Position numbers and translations under genes: made by a program
Assembly (NCBI GenBank): GCA_031373665.1
Contig: JANMMZ010000085.1
Span: 1,389-65,388, forward strand
Direction: 5' to 3'
Length of the DNA: 64,000 nucleotides
Source of the DNA: Saprospiraceae bacterium
GTDB taxonomy: Bacteria > Bacteroidota > Bacteroidia > Chitinophagales > Saprospiraceae
Shown: piece by piece, positions 25,507 through 34,646 of the stretch
Layout of the letters: the number at the start of each line of letters is the position of its first letter
Position numbering within the stretch: position 1 is the first letter of the stretch
Notes under the pieces: model-generated
Seen by the model: only the letters and a program-made list of their open reading frames with translations
The model's database searches: none
Told to the model about the DNA's origin: nothing

Positions 25507-27915
25507 TTACTCTGAGCGAAGCGACCTGATTGGATTATCCACCGCTGCTTTATAGGTCACAACGCCGACAATCACAGCCGTCAGAACAAACGTAAGAATA
25601 CCGATAATAAGCATCATGAAATATTGAATGTCAACTTGATATGCAAAATTACTTAGCCAAGTATTTGTAACGTACAGAGCAATTGGTATGCTTATAATCA
25701 TGGCAATACTCACCATATAAATGTATTCTTTTGTTAAAATCTGGATAATAGAAAAAGGCGATGCGCCGAGAACTTTGCGGATGCCTATTTCTTTGATGCG
25801 TGCCACCGTCAAAAATAGCGTGATGCCAATGATGCCTAAAGAAGCCAAAAAGACAGCAATGATGTTGAAGTAGAGCAAAAGATGCGCTGTACGCTGGTCT
25901 TGAGTATATAATTTTGCTAAATTTTCGTCCAAAAATTCTATATCCAACGGCGTGGTTTGATTGAGTTCCGCATGAATGGCACTGATATTTTTGACCACGT
26001 TAGCCGTATTCTTTGCATCAAATAAAACAATGCTGCGCCCGTCCATACGTACCCTTTCGGATACGGTGATAAAATAAGGCTCAATTTTATTGTGCAATGA
26101 AAACAGATTAATGTCTTCAAATATGCCCGCTATGGTGAAAGGTACGCCAACCTGACCTGTTGCTGCATTGGTGTATTCTGGCTCGGTGATGATGGTTGTG
26201 CCAATCAATTTATCGGCGGAAACGCCCTTGGTTTTTGCCAACTTTTCAGCCGCCGTCCGATTGATGAGCGTTGTGGCAGTAGTCGTGGGCGCGTTTAAAG
26301 TTGTTTTTAAATCATAGGCTTTTACGCCTTCATAATCGAGATATAATTGGTTGGCATCGTCGAAAACGACATCTATTCCTTCCATTTTGTACGTCATTTG
26401 GTTAAACGGTTCGATACCAAAAGTTGAACCGTTCCCAACCGCTTTTATTTCGGGAATTTGACGCAATTTTTCTTGAAAAACAGCTTGGCTTTCTTCGGTT
26501 GTGTAGGCGTATAAAATCCCGTTTTTTCGGAATCCAATATTTTTATTATCAATAAAATTGATTTGCTGATGGATAAAATAAGAAATCGAAGTAATGGAAA
26601 TGAGTATGACAAATTGACTGGCAACCAAGTATCGTCGAATTGGAAAACGTTGAAAATTATTGCTTTTTAAGCCTTCTTTAAACAGCGTAACCGTATCTTT
26701 TTTTGATAAATAGAAAGCAGGGAAAAGGCTCGCCAACGTACCAACCGATACGGCCAACACAAAGAGCAACAGAAACGTTTGTGGATTAGCCAAAACGTTT
26801 GCGCTGATGTCGGTTGCCATAAATGTATTGAAAAAAGGCATTAATACGTGTATCAGTACCGCCGTTATGGGCAAAGCAATCAAGGATAGCAAGACACTTT
26901 CGACAATAAATTGAGCCGTAATGCCCGAACTTTTAGCCCCAATAACTTTTCTAATGCCAATGGTTTTACTTTGTTTTGATTTAATTGCAAGCGTTAAATT
27001 GGCATAATTGAATAAAGTAATGAGCGTGATAAACAAAGCAAAAAAACCGATGAGCGTGATGTACAGACTATTACCGGTCGGTTTTAGTTCATATAACACA
27101 TTTTCTCTGAAATGAATATTGGCGATCGGTTGTAAAGAATGTTTTTTATACAAAACATCTTTGGCAACTTTTGGATTGAACGCTGCGAAAGCAATATTCA
27201 ATTGATTTTCAACGGTTTGTACATCACTGACTTTATCTTTTTGTACGTACACATGACAGCCCCAATAATTGATTGTAGGATTATTCAACGCGACACTAAA
27301 ATCAAAATTGGCATTTAGGGGAACGTCTTCAATGATGGCAGCTACCGCATAATCTTCTCCCCCAATTTTCACCAATTTATTAATCGCCGTACCGTTATTA
27401 AGTCCGTCTTTACCGTACAATTTTTCCGCTACGGAAGCCGTCAAAAGGGCTTTTTTTGTTCCTTCGCCAAAATTTTTAAAACTGCCGTGCTTCAATGTCC
27501 ACGTAAACATGGCGGTAAAAGCGGTGGGTGTATTGGTCGTCAATACATCTTTTACCTCAATTTTTTTATCGTCTGACTGAATAAACGCCACCGTTGGCGA
27601 CACCACAAACTGAACCACCTCCTTGACACCCGTTGCAGATTTGAAGGCTTGGGCTTGCCGAGCCTGTTCATCAGCATTTAGTCCTGACCCTGGGAAGCCA
27701 ATTATACTGTAATCCTGAGAGCGGTACGTCCACTCAACCCGATAAATATTGTCCGAATTTTGGTGAAACTTATCGTAGCTCCATTCGAATCCGATGTAAC
27801 TAATAGCCGTATAGGCCACAAAAAGACCAATTACCAAACTGGTCAGATTTAGCAACGTAAACGTGCGGTTTCTAAGGTATCCCCGTAGGATCATCTTCAA
27901 ACTGTTCGCAATCAT
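25507..27915 (-). CDS. ABC-transporter permease, duplicated FtsX/MacB type (most divergent member)
   Basis: 802 aa. N-terminus MIANSLKMILRGYLRNRTFTLLNLTSL. Signatures SKTIGIRKVIGAK and IKEIGIRKVLGAS. Ends DNPIRSLRSE. Confidence 0.9.
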   Translation of the reverse strand: MIANSLKMILRGYLRNRTFTLLNLTSLVIGLFVAYTAISYIGFEWSYDKFHQNSDNIYRVEWTYRSQDYSIIGFPGSGLNADEQARQAQAFKSATGVKEVVQFVVSPTVAFIQSDDKKIEVKDVLTTNTPTAFTAMFTWTLKHGSFKNFGEGTKKALLTASVAEKLYGKDGLNNGTAINKLVKIGGEDYAVAAIIEDVPLNANFDFSVALNNPTINYWGCHVYVQKDKVSDVQTVENQLNIAFAAFNPKVAKDVLYKKHSLQPIANIHFRENVLYELKPTGNSLYITLIGFFALFITLITLFNYANLTLAIKSKQSKTIGIRKVIGAKSSGITAQFIVESVLLSLIALPITAVLIHVLMPFFNTFMATDISANVLANPQTFLLLFVLAVSVGTLASLFPAFYLSKKDTVTLFKEGLKSNNFQRFPIRRYLVASQFVILISITSISYFIHQQINFIDNKNIGFRKNGILYAYTTEESQAVFQEKLRQIPEIKAVGNGSTFGIEPFNQMTYKMEGIDVVFDDANQLYLDYEGVKAYDLKTTLNAPTTTATTLINRTAAEKLAKTKGVSADKLIGTTIITEPEYTNAATGQVGVPFTIAGIFEDINLFSLHNKIEPYFITVSERVRMDGRSIVLFDAKNTANVVKNISAIHAELNQTTPLDIEFLDENLAKLYTQDQRTAHLLLYFNIIAVFLASLGIIGITLFLTVARIKEIGIRKVLGASPFSIIQILTKEYIYMVSIAMIISIPIALYVTNTWLSNFAYQVDIQYFMMLIIGILTFVLTAVIVGVVTYKAAVDNPIRSLRSE

Positions 27916-28004
27916 TATTCTATTTTATTTGTGCATCCAATACATTATAAATCAAATGCTTGTGGATAAAATTTAATCTTTTCTTACAAAATACGAAGGG
28001 GGTA

Positions 28005-30407
28005 TCATTCACTCCTGAGTGATTTCACTGGATTCACCAAAGCCGCCTTCACCGACTGGAAACCTACGGTCAAAAATGCGATCAATACCGCCACCAAACC
28101 TGCGATGGCAAACATCCACCACTCCACTTCAATGCGATAGGCAAAATCAGCCAGCCACTTATCCATTAAATAATAGGCAATCGGAGAAGCGATGACAATG
28201 GCGATGACCACGAGTTTCAAAAAATCCTTAGCAAGCATACCCGTAATACCCGCGACCGAGGCTCCGAGTACTTTTCGGATGCCGATTTCTTTGGTGCGTT
28301 GCCGCGTGGTATAGGTAGCCAGCCCAAATAGCCCGATACCGGCAATGAAAACTGCCAGCAGGGCAAATAAAGTGGCTATACTGCCCGATTGCTGTTCGGT
28401 GCGATACATTTCGTCAAACTCTTGATCAAGAAACTCATAGTTGAAAGGACGATGAGGCGCCACCTTTTTCCACGTGCTTTCGATACTGCTCAGGGTGGCT
28501 TGTATGTCGTCGCCATTAAATTTGATGAGCAATTTATTCACCTCCTGATCGGTAAGGAATAGGGCCAGTGGGCCAATGTTTTCGTGCAATGAAGCGATAT
28601 GGAAATCTTTGCTGACTCCCTTCACCGTGCCGTCTCTCCCGTTGAGGCTCAACCGCTTACCAATAGCCATTTGGGGTGTCCAGCCCAGTGTTTTCGCTGC
28701 TGACTCATTGATGATGAAGCAATAACGTCGTAGTTCTGCACTGTCCATAGCAATCTGAGCGATGTCTGATTCGACAAAGTCTTGCCCCGCTACCAGTTGG
28801 ATGCCCAGTGTTTTGATATAGTCATAGTCTGTACCCACCGCGCTGATGCCCAACTGAAAGTCTTCGGGTTTGCCCTCTGCCCACACACTGTAGCCTCCCT
28901 TTACCAAGGTGGGGGTCTCGGAGCCTGCCGCCACCTGTTGGATTCGGGAGTCAGATTTTAACTCATTTTTGATGCTGGTAAGGTTTTTTCTCACTATCCG
29001 ATCCATGGGTAGTACCACGACTCGCTCTTTGTCGTAGCCCAATTTTCGGTTTTGGATATAGGTCATCTGTTGGTTGATGACGAAGGTGCCAATAAACAAT
29101 AGGATGGATACTACAAACTGAAACACCACCAAGCCTCGACGGAGACCGCCTCCGCTTCCGGTGGTTTTAAAATTGCCTTTTAGTACTTTCACTGGTTGAA
29201 AATTGGACAGCACAAAGGCCGGATATCCGCCTGCAAGAAGGCTGACCACTACACCTAGACCCAGAAATCCAGCCAGTGCAAGGGGGCTTTCCATAAAAAC
29301 AAAACTGAGATCACGTCCACTCAATCTGCTGAAAGCAGGGAGCAATAAGAAGGTGGTCAGTGAAGCGAGTGCCAAGGCAATGCTGGTAAAAAAGACTGAT
29401 TCGCCAATGAATTGCCGCACCAATTGTCCACGGAAGGCGCCCACTACTTTGCGGATACCTGTTTCGCTGGCTCGCTCAATGGCTTGCGCAGTGGTCAAGT
29501 TGATGTAGTTGATACAGGCAATCAGTAAGATCAGGAGTGCAATAGCCGAAAAAATATAGAGGTACTGGATATCATTACCCGGCTCCAGCCCACCTGCTAC
29601 GCGGGCCTTTAGGTGTACTTCGCGCATGGGTTGCAACACGTAAGTAAGATAACTGCCTGCCGTAAAATCACCCTTCATCACTTGAGCCATATGGTCTTTG
29701 ATTTTGGCTTCTATCGGTACCGCTGCCATCGGATCGGTGAGCAGTAGGTAGGTATAAAAATTGGCCGAACCCCAAATGTGCTCGCGCCAGTTTTCCAAGG
29801 TATGGAATGAAGCCACAAAGTCGAACTTGATTTGCGAGTTTTGGGGTGGATCGGCTACCACGCCACTCACTGTCAGGTCAGTGCTGGCTCCCAACCGCAA
29901 AGTCTTGCCCATCGGGTCTTCTTTACCAAAATACTGGTTGGCCATCTGCTCAGTCAGTACCACGGTGTTCATCTGATCGAGCATCGTACGCGGGTCACCT
30001 TTGATTACTTTGAAAGAAAAGATGTCAAAAAATGTTGAATCTGCCCATAAAAAGCCTTTTTCTTCCCGTGCCTCGTCATGATACCGCAGCACCGCAGGTG
30101 AAAAATCTGAAGTGCTATAAATCCGAACACCCGACTCCACTTCGGGAAAAACTCGCTTAAATTCAGGATAAGCGGCAGTGGGAGTCGTGCTAAATTCGGA
30201 GGTCTCTCCACTATCTTGAACCAGTGTGGTTAGCCTGAAAATTCGGTCGCCTTGCTGTTGGAAGCCATCGTAACTCAACTCGGACACCACATAAGTAGCG
30301 ATGAGCATAAAACAAGCCAACCCAACGCTCAGGCCAGCGATATTGATGAATGCGTACATCTTATTTCGTCGCATCCGTCGCATCATAGTGCGAAAAAAAA
30401 TGGCCAT
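28005..30407 (-). CDS. ABC-transporter permease, duplicated FtsX/MacB type
   Basis: The track start at 30425 is a TTG. ATGs occur at 30416 and 30407, and 30407 (MAIFFRTMMRRMRRNKMYAFINIAGL) aligns best with the paralogue N-termini. Signatures ASETGIRKVVGAF and TKEIGIRKVLGAS. Ends VNPVKSLRSE. Confidence 0.85.
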   Translation of the reverse strand: MAIFFRTMMRRMRRNKMYAFINIAGLSVGLACFMLIATYVVSELSYDGFQQQGDRIFRLTTLVQDSGETSEFSTTPTAAYPEFKRVFPEVESGVRIYSTSDFSPAVLRYHDEAREEKGFLWADSTFFDIFSFKVIKGDPRTMLDQMNTVVLTEQMANQYFGKEDPMGKTLRLGASTDLTVSGVVADPPQNSQIKFDFVASFHTLENWREHIWGSANFYTYLLLTDPMAAVPIEAKIKDHMAQVMKGDFTAGSYLTYVLQPMREVHLKARVAGGLEPGNDIQYLYIFSAIALLILLIACINYINLTTAQAIERASETGIRKVVGAFRGQLVRQFIGESVFFTSIALALASLTTFLLLPAFSRLSGRDLSFVFMESPLALAGFLGLGVVVSLLAGGYPAFVLSNFQPVKVLKGNFKTTGSGGGLRRGLVVFQFVVSILLFIGTFVINQQMTYIQNRKLGYDKERVVVLPMDRIVRKNLTSIKNELKSDSRIQQVAAGSETPTLVKGGYSVWAEGKPEDFQLGISAVGTDYDYIKTLGIQLVAGQDFVESDIAQIAMDSAELRRYCFIINESAAKTLGWTPQMAIGKRLSLNGRDGTVKGVSKDFHIASLHENIGPLALFLTDQEVNKLLIKFNGDDIQATLSSIESTWKKVAPHRPFNYEFLDQEFDEMYRTEQQSGSIATLFALLAVFIAGIGLFGLATYTTRQRTKEIGIRKVLGASVAGITGMLAKDFLKLVVIAIVIASPIAYYLMDKWLADFAYRIEVEWWMFAIAGLVAVLIAFLTVGFQSVKAALVNPVKSLRSE

Positions 30408-30458
30408 TTCATACATATACAACAAGTTTATTTTTTAATAAATATAGACATCGGCAAA

Positions 30459-30556
30459 TCACTCGCTGCGCAGGCTCTTCATCCCGAAGGAAAATCGGGA
30501 TTCCATCACTCACTTCGGAGTGATTTTATCCCGAAGAAAAATCGGGATTTCGTGCC
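30459..30556 (-). repeat. Two conserved hairpins, each followed by a vestigial KSLRSE-stop coding end (site D)
   Basis: Hairpins at 30528-30548 (loop agaaaaa) and 30481-30501 (loop aggaaaa). The minus strand reads TAA ggcacgaa HAIRPIN a AAA TCA CTC CGA AGT GAG TGA tgga HAIRPIN g AAG AGC CTG CGC AGC GAG TGA. Confidence 0.9.
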
Positions 30557-33016
30557 TTATTCGCTGCGCAGGCTCTTAACTGGATTGGCCAAAGCCGCTT
30601 TCACCGACTGGAAACCTACTGTCAAAAACGCAATCAATACCGCTGCCAAGCCAGCCACTGCGAATATCCACCACGAAATATCAATCCGATAAGCGAAGTC
30701 GGCAAGCCAATTATTCATAAAGTAATAAGCAATTGGCGAAGCAATTAGGATCGCAATGACAACTAATTGTAGGAAATCTTTGGCCAAAAGCCCCGTGATG
30801 CCCGCAATAGATGCACCTAGTACCTTTCGGATGCCTATTTCTTTGATTCGCTGCTCCGCAGCATAGGTAGCCAGACCAAACAAGCCAATGCAAGCGATGA
30901 AAATCGCCGCTATTGCCGCCCAAATCAACATGGCTTCACGGCGGGCATCTTCGGTATAAAAAAGAGCCAATTGCTGGTCGAGGTAATGGTATTCAAACAG
31001 TTCATCAGGATCAATTTTTGCTAAAATACCTTCCATCGCTTTTATGGTGGTGGCAGCGTCTTTTGATTCGATTCTTGAAGTATAATAATCAATGTTTTGA
31101 ACGGGATTTTGCCGATACGCCAAGACCAAAGGGGCAATTTTTTCTCTTAATGTCTGAAAATTGAAATCTTTTACTATCCCAATCACCCGGGCTTTAAATG
31201 CCTGATTGCCACGAAGCGGGACATACGTTCCGCCGTATGATGCAGCCGGAATTTCAATCAATTGATCAGATGGCTCTGTGATATTTAGGAGTTTGGCCGC
31301 CGTTTCATTTAATAAAACAGAGGAAGTATCGCCCAAACCGCTGAAATTTTTGCCTTTCAATAATTCTACCTCAAAGGTATTGGAAAAATGCTCATCCACG
31401 CCTAACAAATATGAAACTTTCTGTTCATCAGGATAGCCCATTTGCCTTATTTTAACACTGGGAATATTTTTCCATTCACCTGGCACCCGTGAAGTAGTGG
31501 ATACATTTTTTACATTGGGTATTTTTTCAAATTCTGAAACGATGGTGGAGGCTGCTCTTCTTATCGTGCCACTGTTGATATCCACGACCACCAAAAGGTC
31601 TTTATTGAACCCCAAATCTTTGCTGTTGACGAAACGAACTTGCAAAAACATCACGATGGTTGCAATGATCATAAATACAGATACCGAAAATTGGAAAACA
31701 ACCAAGCCTTTTCGCAAAGAAAAACCTGATTTGTCTTGAATTTTTAGACTTTTCAATAACATATTAGGGCTAAATTGGGAAAGCATCAATGCTGGATAAG
31801 AGCCTGATAATATACCTGTCAAGATAGCCACACTAAATGATGCAACCCAAATCCTATAATCGGTTGAAAAACCAAGTGAGAGTTGTTTGTTGGTAAATTC
31901 ATTGAAAAACGGGATCATTAAATTGACCAATAAAATAGCCAAAACAAAAGAAAATAGCGTTACCAATACTGATTCTACCAGAAATTGTGTTACCAATTGC
32001 CCTTTAAATGCACCCACAACCTTTTTTATCCCAATCTCTTTGCTGCGATTGGAGGCTTTAGCAGTAGTGAGATTCATATAGTTGATACAAGCAATCATCA
32101 ATACAAAAAGAGCGACCAACGCAAATATTTTCACGTACAAAAGATACCCTGTGCCGGCTCCCAATTGATTGAAGTTTCTGGCACCATCCGTAATGCTTTC
32201 GGAATGAAGGTGAACATCTTTGAGTGGCTGAAGGCTATAGGCCAATGATACACCCAGTGCTGGCTTATAGTTGGCATTGACCAATTGCCCTAGTTTTTGT
32301 GAAACAGCGACAAGGTTGGCATCTTTTCGGAGCAGCGTATAAACGGAATATTCGCTTGAGCCCCAATCGCTATTCACCTCATTTACATAACTGGAATCAG
32401 CATAATAGGTGCTTTCGGAATAAACAGAACTAAAATCAAAACTTGAATTCCGAGGATGATTTTTAAGCACTGCGGTAACAGTAAATGGTTGTTCATAGCC
32501 TTGCCATTTCAACGTCTTTCCGGCTACTTGTGTACTGCCAAAAAGTTGAAGGGCCAACGCTTCCACAATGACAATGGAGTTGGGAGCCGTCAAAGCCGTT
32601 TTGGGATTACCATCAAGGGCTTCAAAATCAAATATCTCCATTAAACCATTGTTGGCAACCGTGATTTCTTCATTCACTTTTTTCTGATCTGCCAAGTTTT
32701 CAAGCATATCTCTACCCCCTTGTGCCATGCGGGCTGTATTTTCAATTTCTCCAATACTGATTTTCGATGCTTCCGCCAGTTTGTAACTTGCTCCTGCTAT
32801 TTTAACATCCTCATCGGGTGATTTTCTGTGCTTGATAACACGGCATATTCGATCAGCATTGGTATGATGACTGTCGTAGGTAATCTCATCAATGACGTAA
32901 AGGCCTAATATCAAAAAACAGGCAAGACCGAAGGTCAGGCCAGCGATGTTTAGCACTGCGTGGAGTTTGTTTCTGAAGAGATTTCGGACAGCGATTTTTA
33001 GATAATTGGATACCAT
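30557..33016 (-). CDS. ABC-transporter permease, duplicated FtsX/MacB type (first gene of the array in transcription direction)
   Basis: Start set at the ATG at 33016 (MVSNYLKIAVRNLFRNKLHAVLNIAGL). Signatures SKEIGIKKVVGAF and IKEIGIRKVLGAS. Ends ANPVKSLRSE. Confidence 0.9.
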   Translation of the reverse strand: MVSNYLKIAVRNLFRNKLHAVLNIAGLTFGLACFLILGLYVIDEITYDSHHTNADRICRVIKHRKSPDEDVKIAGASYKLAEASKISIGEIENTARMAQGGRDMLENLADQKKVNEEITVANNGLMEIFDFEALDGNPKTALTAPNSIVIVEALALQLFGSTQVAGKTLKWQGYEQPFTVTAVLKNHPRNSSFDFSSVYSESTYYADSSYVNEVNSDWGSSEYSVYTLLRKDANLVAVSQKLGQLVNANYKPALGVSLAYSLQPLKDVHLHSESITDGARNFNQLGAGTGYLLYVKIFALVALFVLMIACINYMNLTTAKASNRSKEIGIKKVVGAFKGQLVTQFLVESVLVTLFSFVLAILLVNLMIPFFNEFTNKQLSLGFSTDYRIWVASFSVAILTGILSGSYPALMLSQFSPNMLLKSLKIQDKSGFSLRKGLVVFQFSVSVFMIIATIVMFLQVRFVNSKDLGFNKDLLVVVDINSGTIRRAASTIVSEFEKIPNVKNVSTTSRVPGEWKNIPSVKIRQMGYPDEQKVSYLLGVDEHFSNTFEVELLKGKNFSGLGDTSSVLLNETAAKLLNITEPSDQLIEIPAASYGGTYVPLRGNQAFKARVIGIVKDFNFQTLREKIAPLVLAYRQNPVQNIDYYTSRIESKDAATTIKAMEGILAKIDPDELFEYHYLDQQLALFYTEDARREAMLIWAAIAAIFIACIGLFGLATYAAEQRIKEIGIRKVLGASIAGITGLLAKDFLQLVVIAILIASPIAYYFMNNWLADFAYRIDISWWIFAVAGLAAVLIAFLTVGFQSVKAALANPVKSLRSE

Positions 33017-33266
33017 AGTCGTAATTTTTAGTAGCCAATATAGGTTCAATCATTAAGCCATTTTTGTAATATGCTGAATATCAAGGCTTTAAAATATTTA
33101 TTTGAAACTAGAAGTGTCCGAACGCGAACTAATGATGTTCGGTTTCGGACATGATGGAGGGGGGAGTGATGTTATCGTGGGTGAAGCCGTGGTATCCATT
33201 AATATTATGAGATTGAATCTATATTGCTAAAAATAGTTGGGGTAACATAAAAAAATCCCTAGATTA

Positions 33267-33297
33267 TTGCGAGTTATAGAAACTTGACATATATTTG
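33267..33297 (+). promoter_or_regulatory. Candidate Bacteroidetes-type promoter (-33 TTG, -7 TATATTTG)
   Basis: TTG at 33267-33269 and TATATTTG at 33290-33297, with a 20-nt spacer. This matches the TTTG-N(19-21)-TAnnTTTG consensus known for Bacteroidetes primary-sigma promoters. Confidence 0.35.
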
Positions 33298-33364
33298 TGC
33301 CATCAAAATATCATCACTTGAACCACTCGTACCAAATATCATTCAATCTTGCCTTGCATACAGT

Positions 33365-33406
33365 GCGGATACTTGGCCTTTGGGGCTGGGTATCCGCATT
33401 TTTTTT
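33365..33406 (+). terminator. Candidate intrinsic terminator or attenuator
   Basis: gcggatac (33365-33372) pairs with gtatccgc (33390-33397) around a 17-nt loop. It is followed by a and then eight T (33399-33406). Confidence 0.45.
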
Positions 33407-33566
33407 GGGGTTGTTTGGGTGGGTAGTTGCGGGAATCTGACTAGATTTGGTTGGATTGCCGCAACTGGACTGGTGATATGGCGGATTTTTGTGCAACTTG
33501 GGGTATGTGGGGCGTTGCGGGAAACCATAGTTAGACGTAACAAAAACAATATAAAAATAAATAAAC

Positions 33567-34646
33567 ATGGCGAAGTCAAATATTGAAAATGACGATATCA
33601 CTATCCTCAAACAGAAGGTTGATTTTTTAGAAAAGCGTCTAAGTAGTTATGAAGATATTAATAAAACACTATCAACGCAAGTTTTAGGAAAATGGAATGT
33701 AATTGGGCATACGACCAAATTTTTACAATGGGCAGCCGGAATCGTATTCGCTGTTACATTTGGACTATATTGGTTGGTTTATGATAATTTAAGAGATTTT
33801 AAAGAAGAATCAAATCAAAATAAGATAGAAATTACAAAATTGTCAAAACTTTCAAGTTCACTAATTTCTGTTACATCAGATTTACATACAATGAACCTTG
33901 ATTACAATCGTAAACAGTATGAAAGGGTTTTAGACAAAGCAAAAAAGTCTCTTGAAAAGATTGAAGAGGCAAAAAATAATTTATTTTTAAATAATTATGA
34001 CGAACTTAAAATGACATTACTATCTTTTAGGGGAGTAGCTTACTATCAAAAATACCTAGATGATAAAAAAAATAGCTACCCGAATAAAAACGACTTGATC
34101 AATATGATTTCAATTGGGGATACCATGGTAGCACTTAACCCGAATCATTGGAAGGGTTATCAAATTCGTGGGTTTGGCAACTGGGAGAACTCCTCTATAA
34201 ACGGAAGAATATCTAATGATAATGATTACAATAAAATAAAAAGTGATTTGGATAGGTCGGTACAACTAGGAGAAGAATTTAATACAAATACTATAAATTT
34301 AATCGAATTGTCATTTGTAAACTTTCGTTTTGATGAATCTAAATATTATATTACTATCTTTGAAGATAACTTTGGCAATAAGTTTCAAAGATATCGAGAT
34401 AAAAATGGTCAAGTCGCTTATTTATTTTATAAACACATGACTAACTACATTTTATCCAAAGACAAAAATGAACTTAAGGAATTAGATAAGAGCATTGCTG
34501 CTTTGAAAAATAAAGGAGTTCAAAATTTCGATAACACGAATTTAGAAGCATGGTTCATTAATGCCGAAGATAATCCCAATTTACTTCGAGGGATTAATCC
34601 AAATTTACTAAAAACCTGGCGCAAAAAAATATTTAAAACCCCCTAA
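33567..34646 (+). CDS. Hypothetical membrane-anchored protein with an N-terminal coiled-coil segment, one TM helix and a helical repeat-like body
   Basis: 359-aa ORF with AT-rich codon usage like the neighbouring R-M genes. One hydrophobic helix, FLQWAAGIVFAVTFGLYWLVY. I recognise no family. Confidence 0.6.
   Translation: MAKSNIENDDITILKQKVDFLEKRLSSYEDINKTLSTQVLGKWNVIGHTTKFLQWAAGIVFAVTFGLYWLVYDNLRDFKEESNQNKIEITKLSKLSSSLISVTSDLHTMNLDYNRKQYERVLDKAKKSLEKIEEAKNNLFLNNYDELKMTLLSFRGVAYYQKYLDDKKNSYPNKNDLINMISIGDTMVALNPNHWKGYQIRGFGNWENSSINGRISNDNDYNKIKSDLDRSVQLGEEFNTNTINLIELSFVNFRFDESKYYITIFEDNFGNKFQRYRDKNGQVAYLFYKHMTNYILSKDKNELKELDKSIAALKNKGVQNFDNTNLEAWFINAEDNPNLLRGINPNLLKTWRKKIFKTP

Noticed and set aside
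9884-30548. I asked whether the recurring ATCCCGA-N7-TCGGGAT hairpins could be a CRISPR-like array.
   Set aside because: There are only one or two copies per site. The sites are kilobases apart and each sits at a gene's 3' end. There is no regular repeat-spacer periodicity and no cas genes.
33284-33610. Three mutually overlapping ORFs on both strands (100, 98 and 78 aa).
   Set aside because: The stop-free region results from G-rich, low-complexity sequence. The translations are Pro/Gly/Trp/Cys-rich with no family resemblance. I interpret the region as non-coding leader or sRNA.
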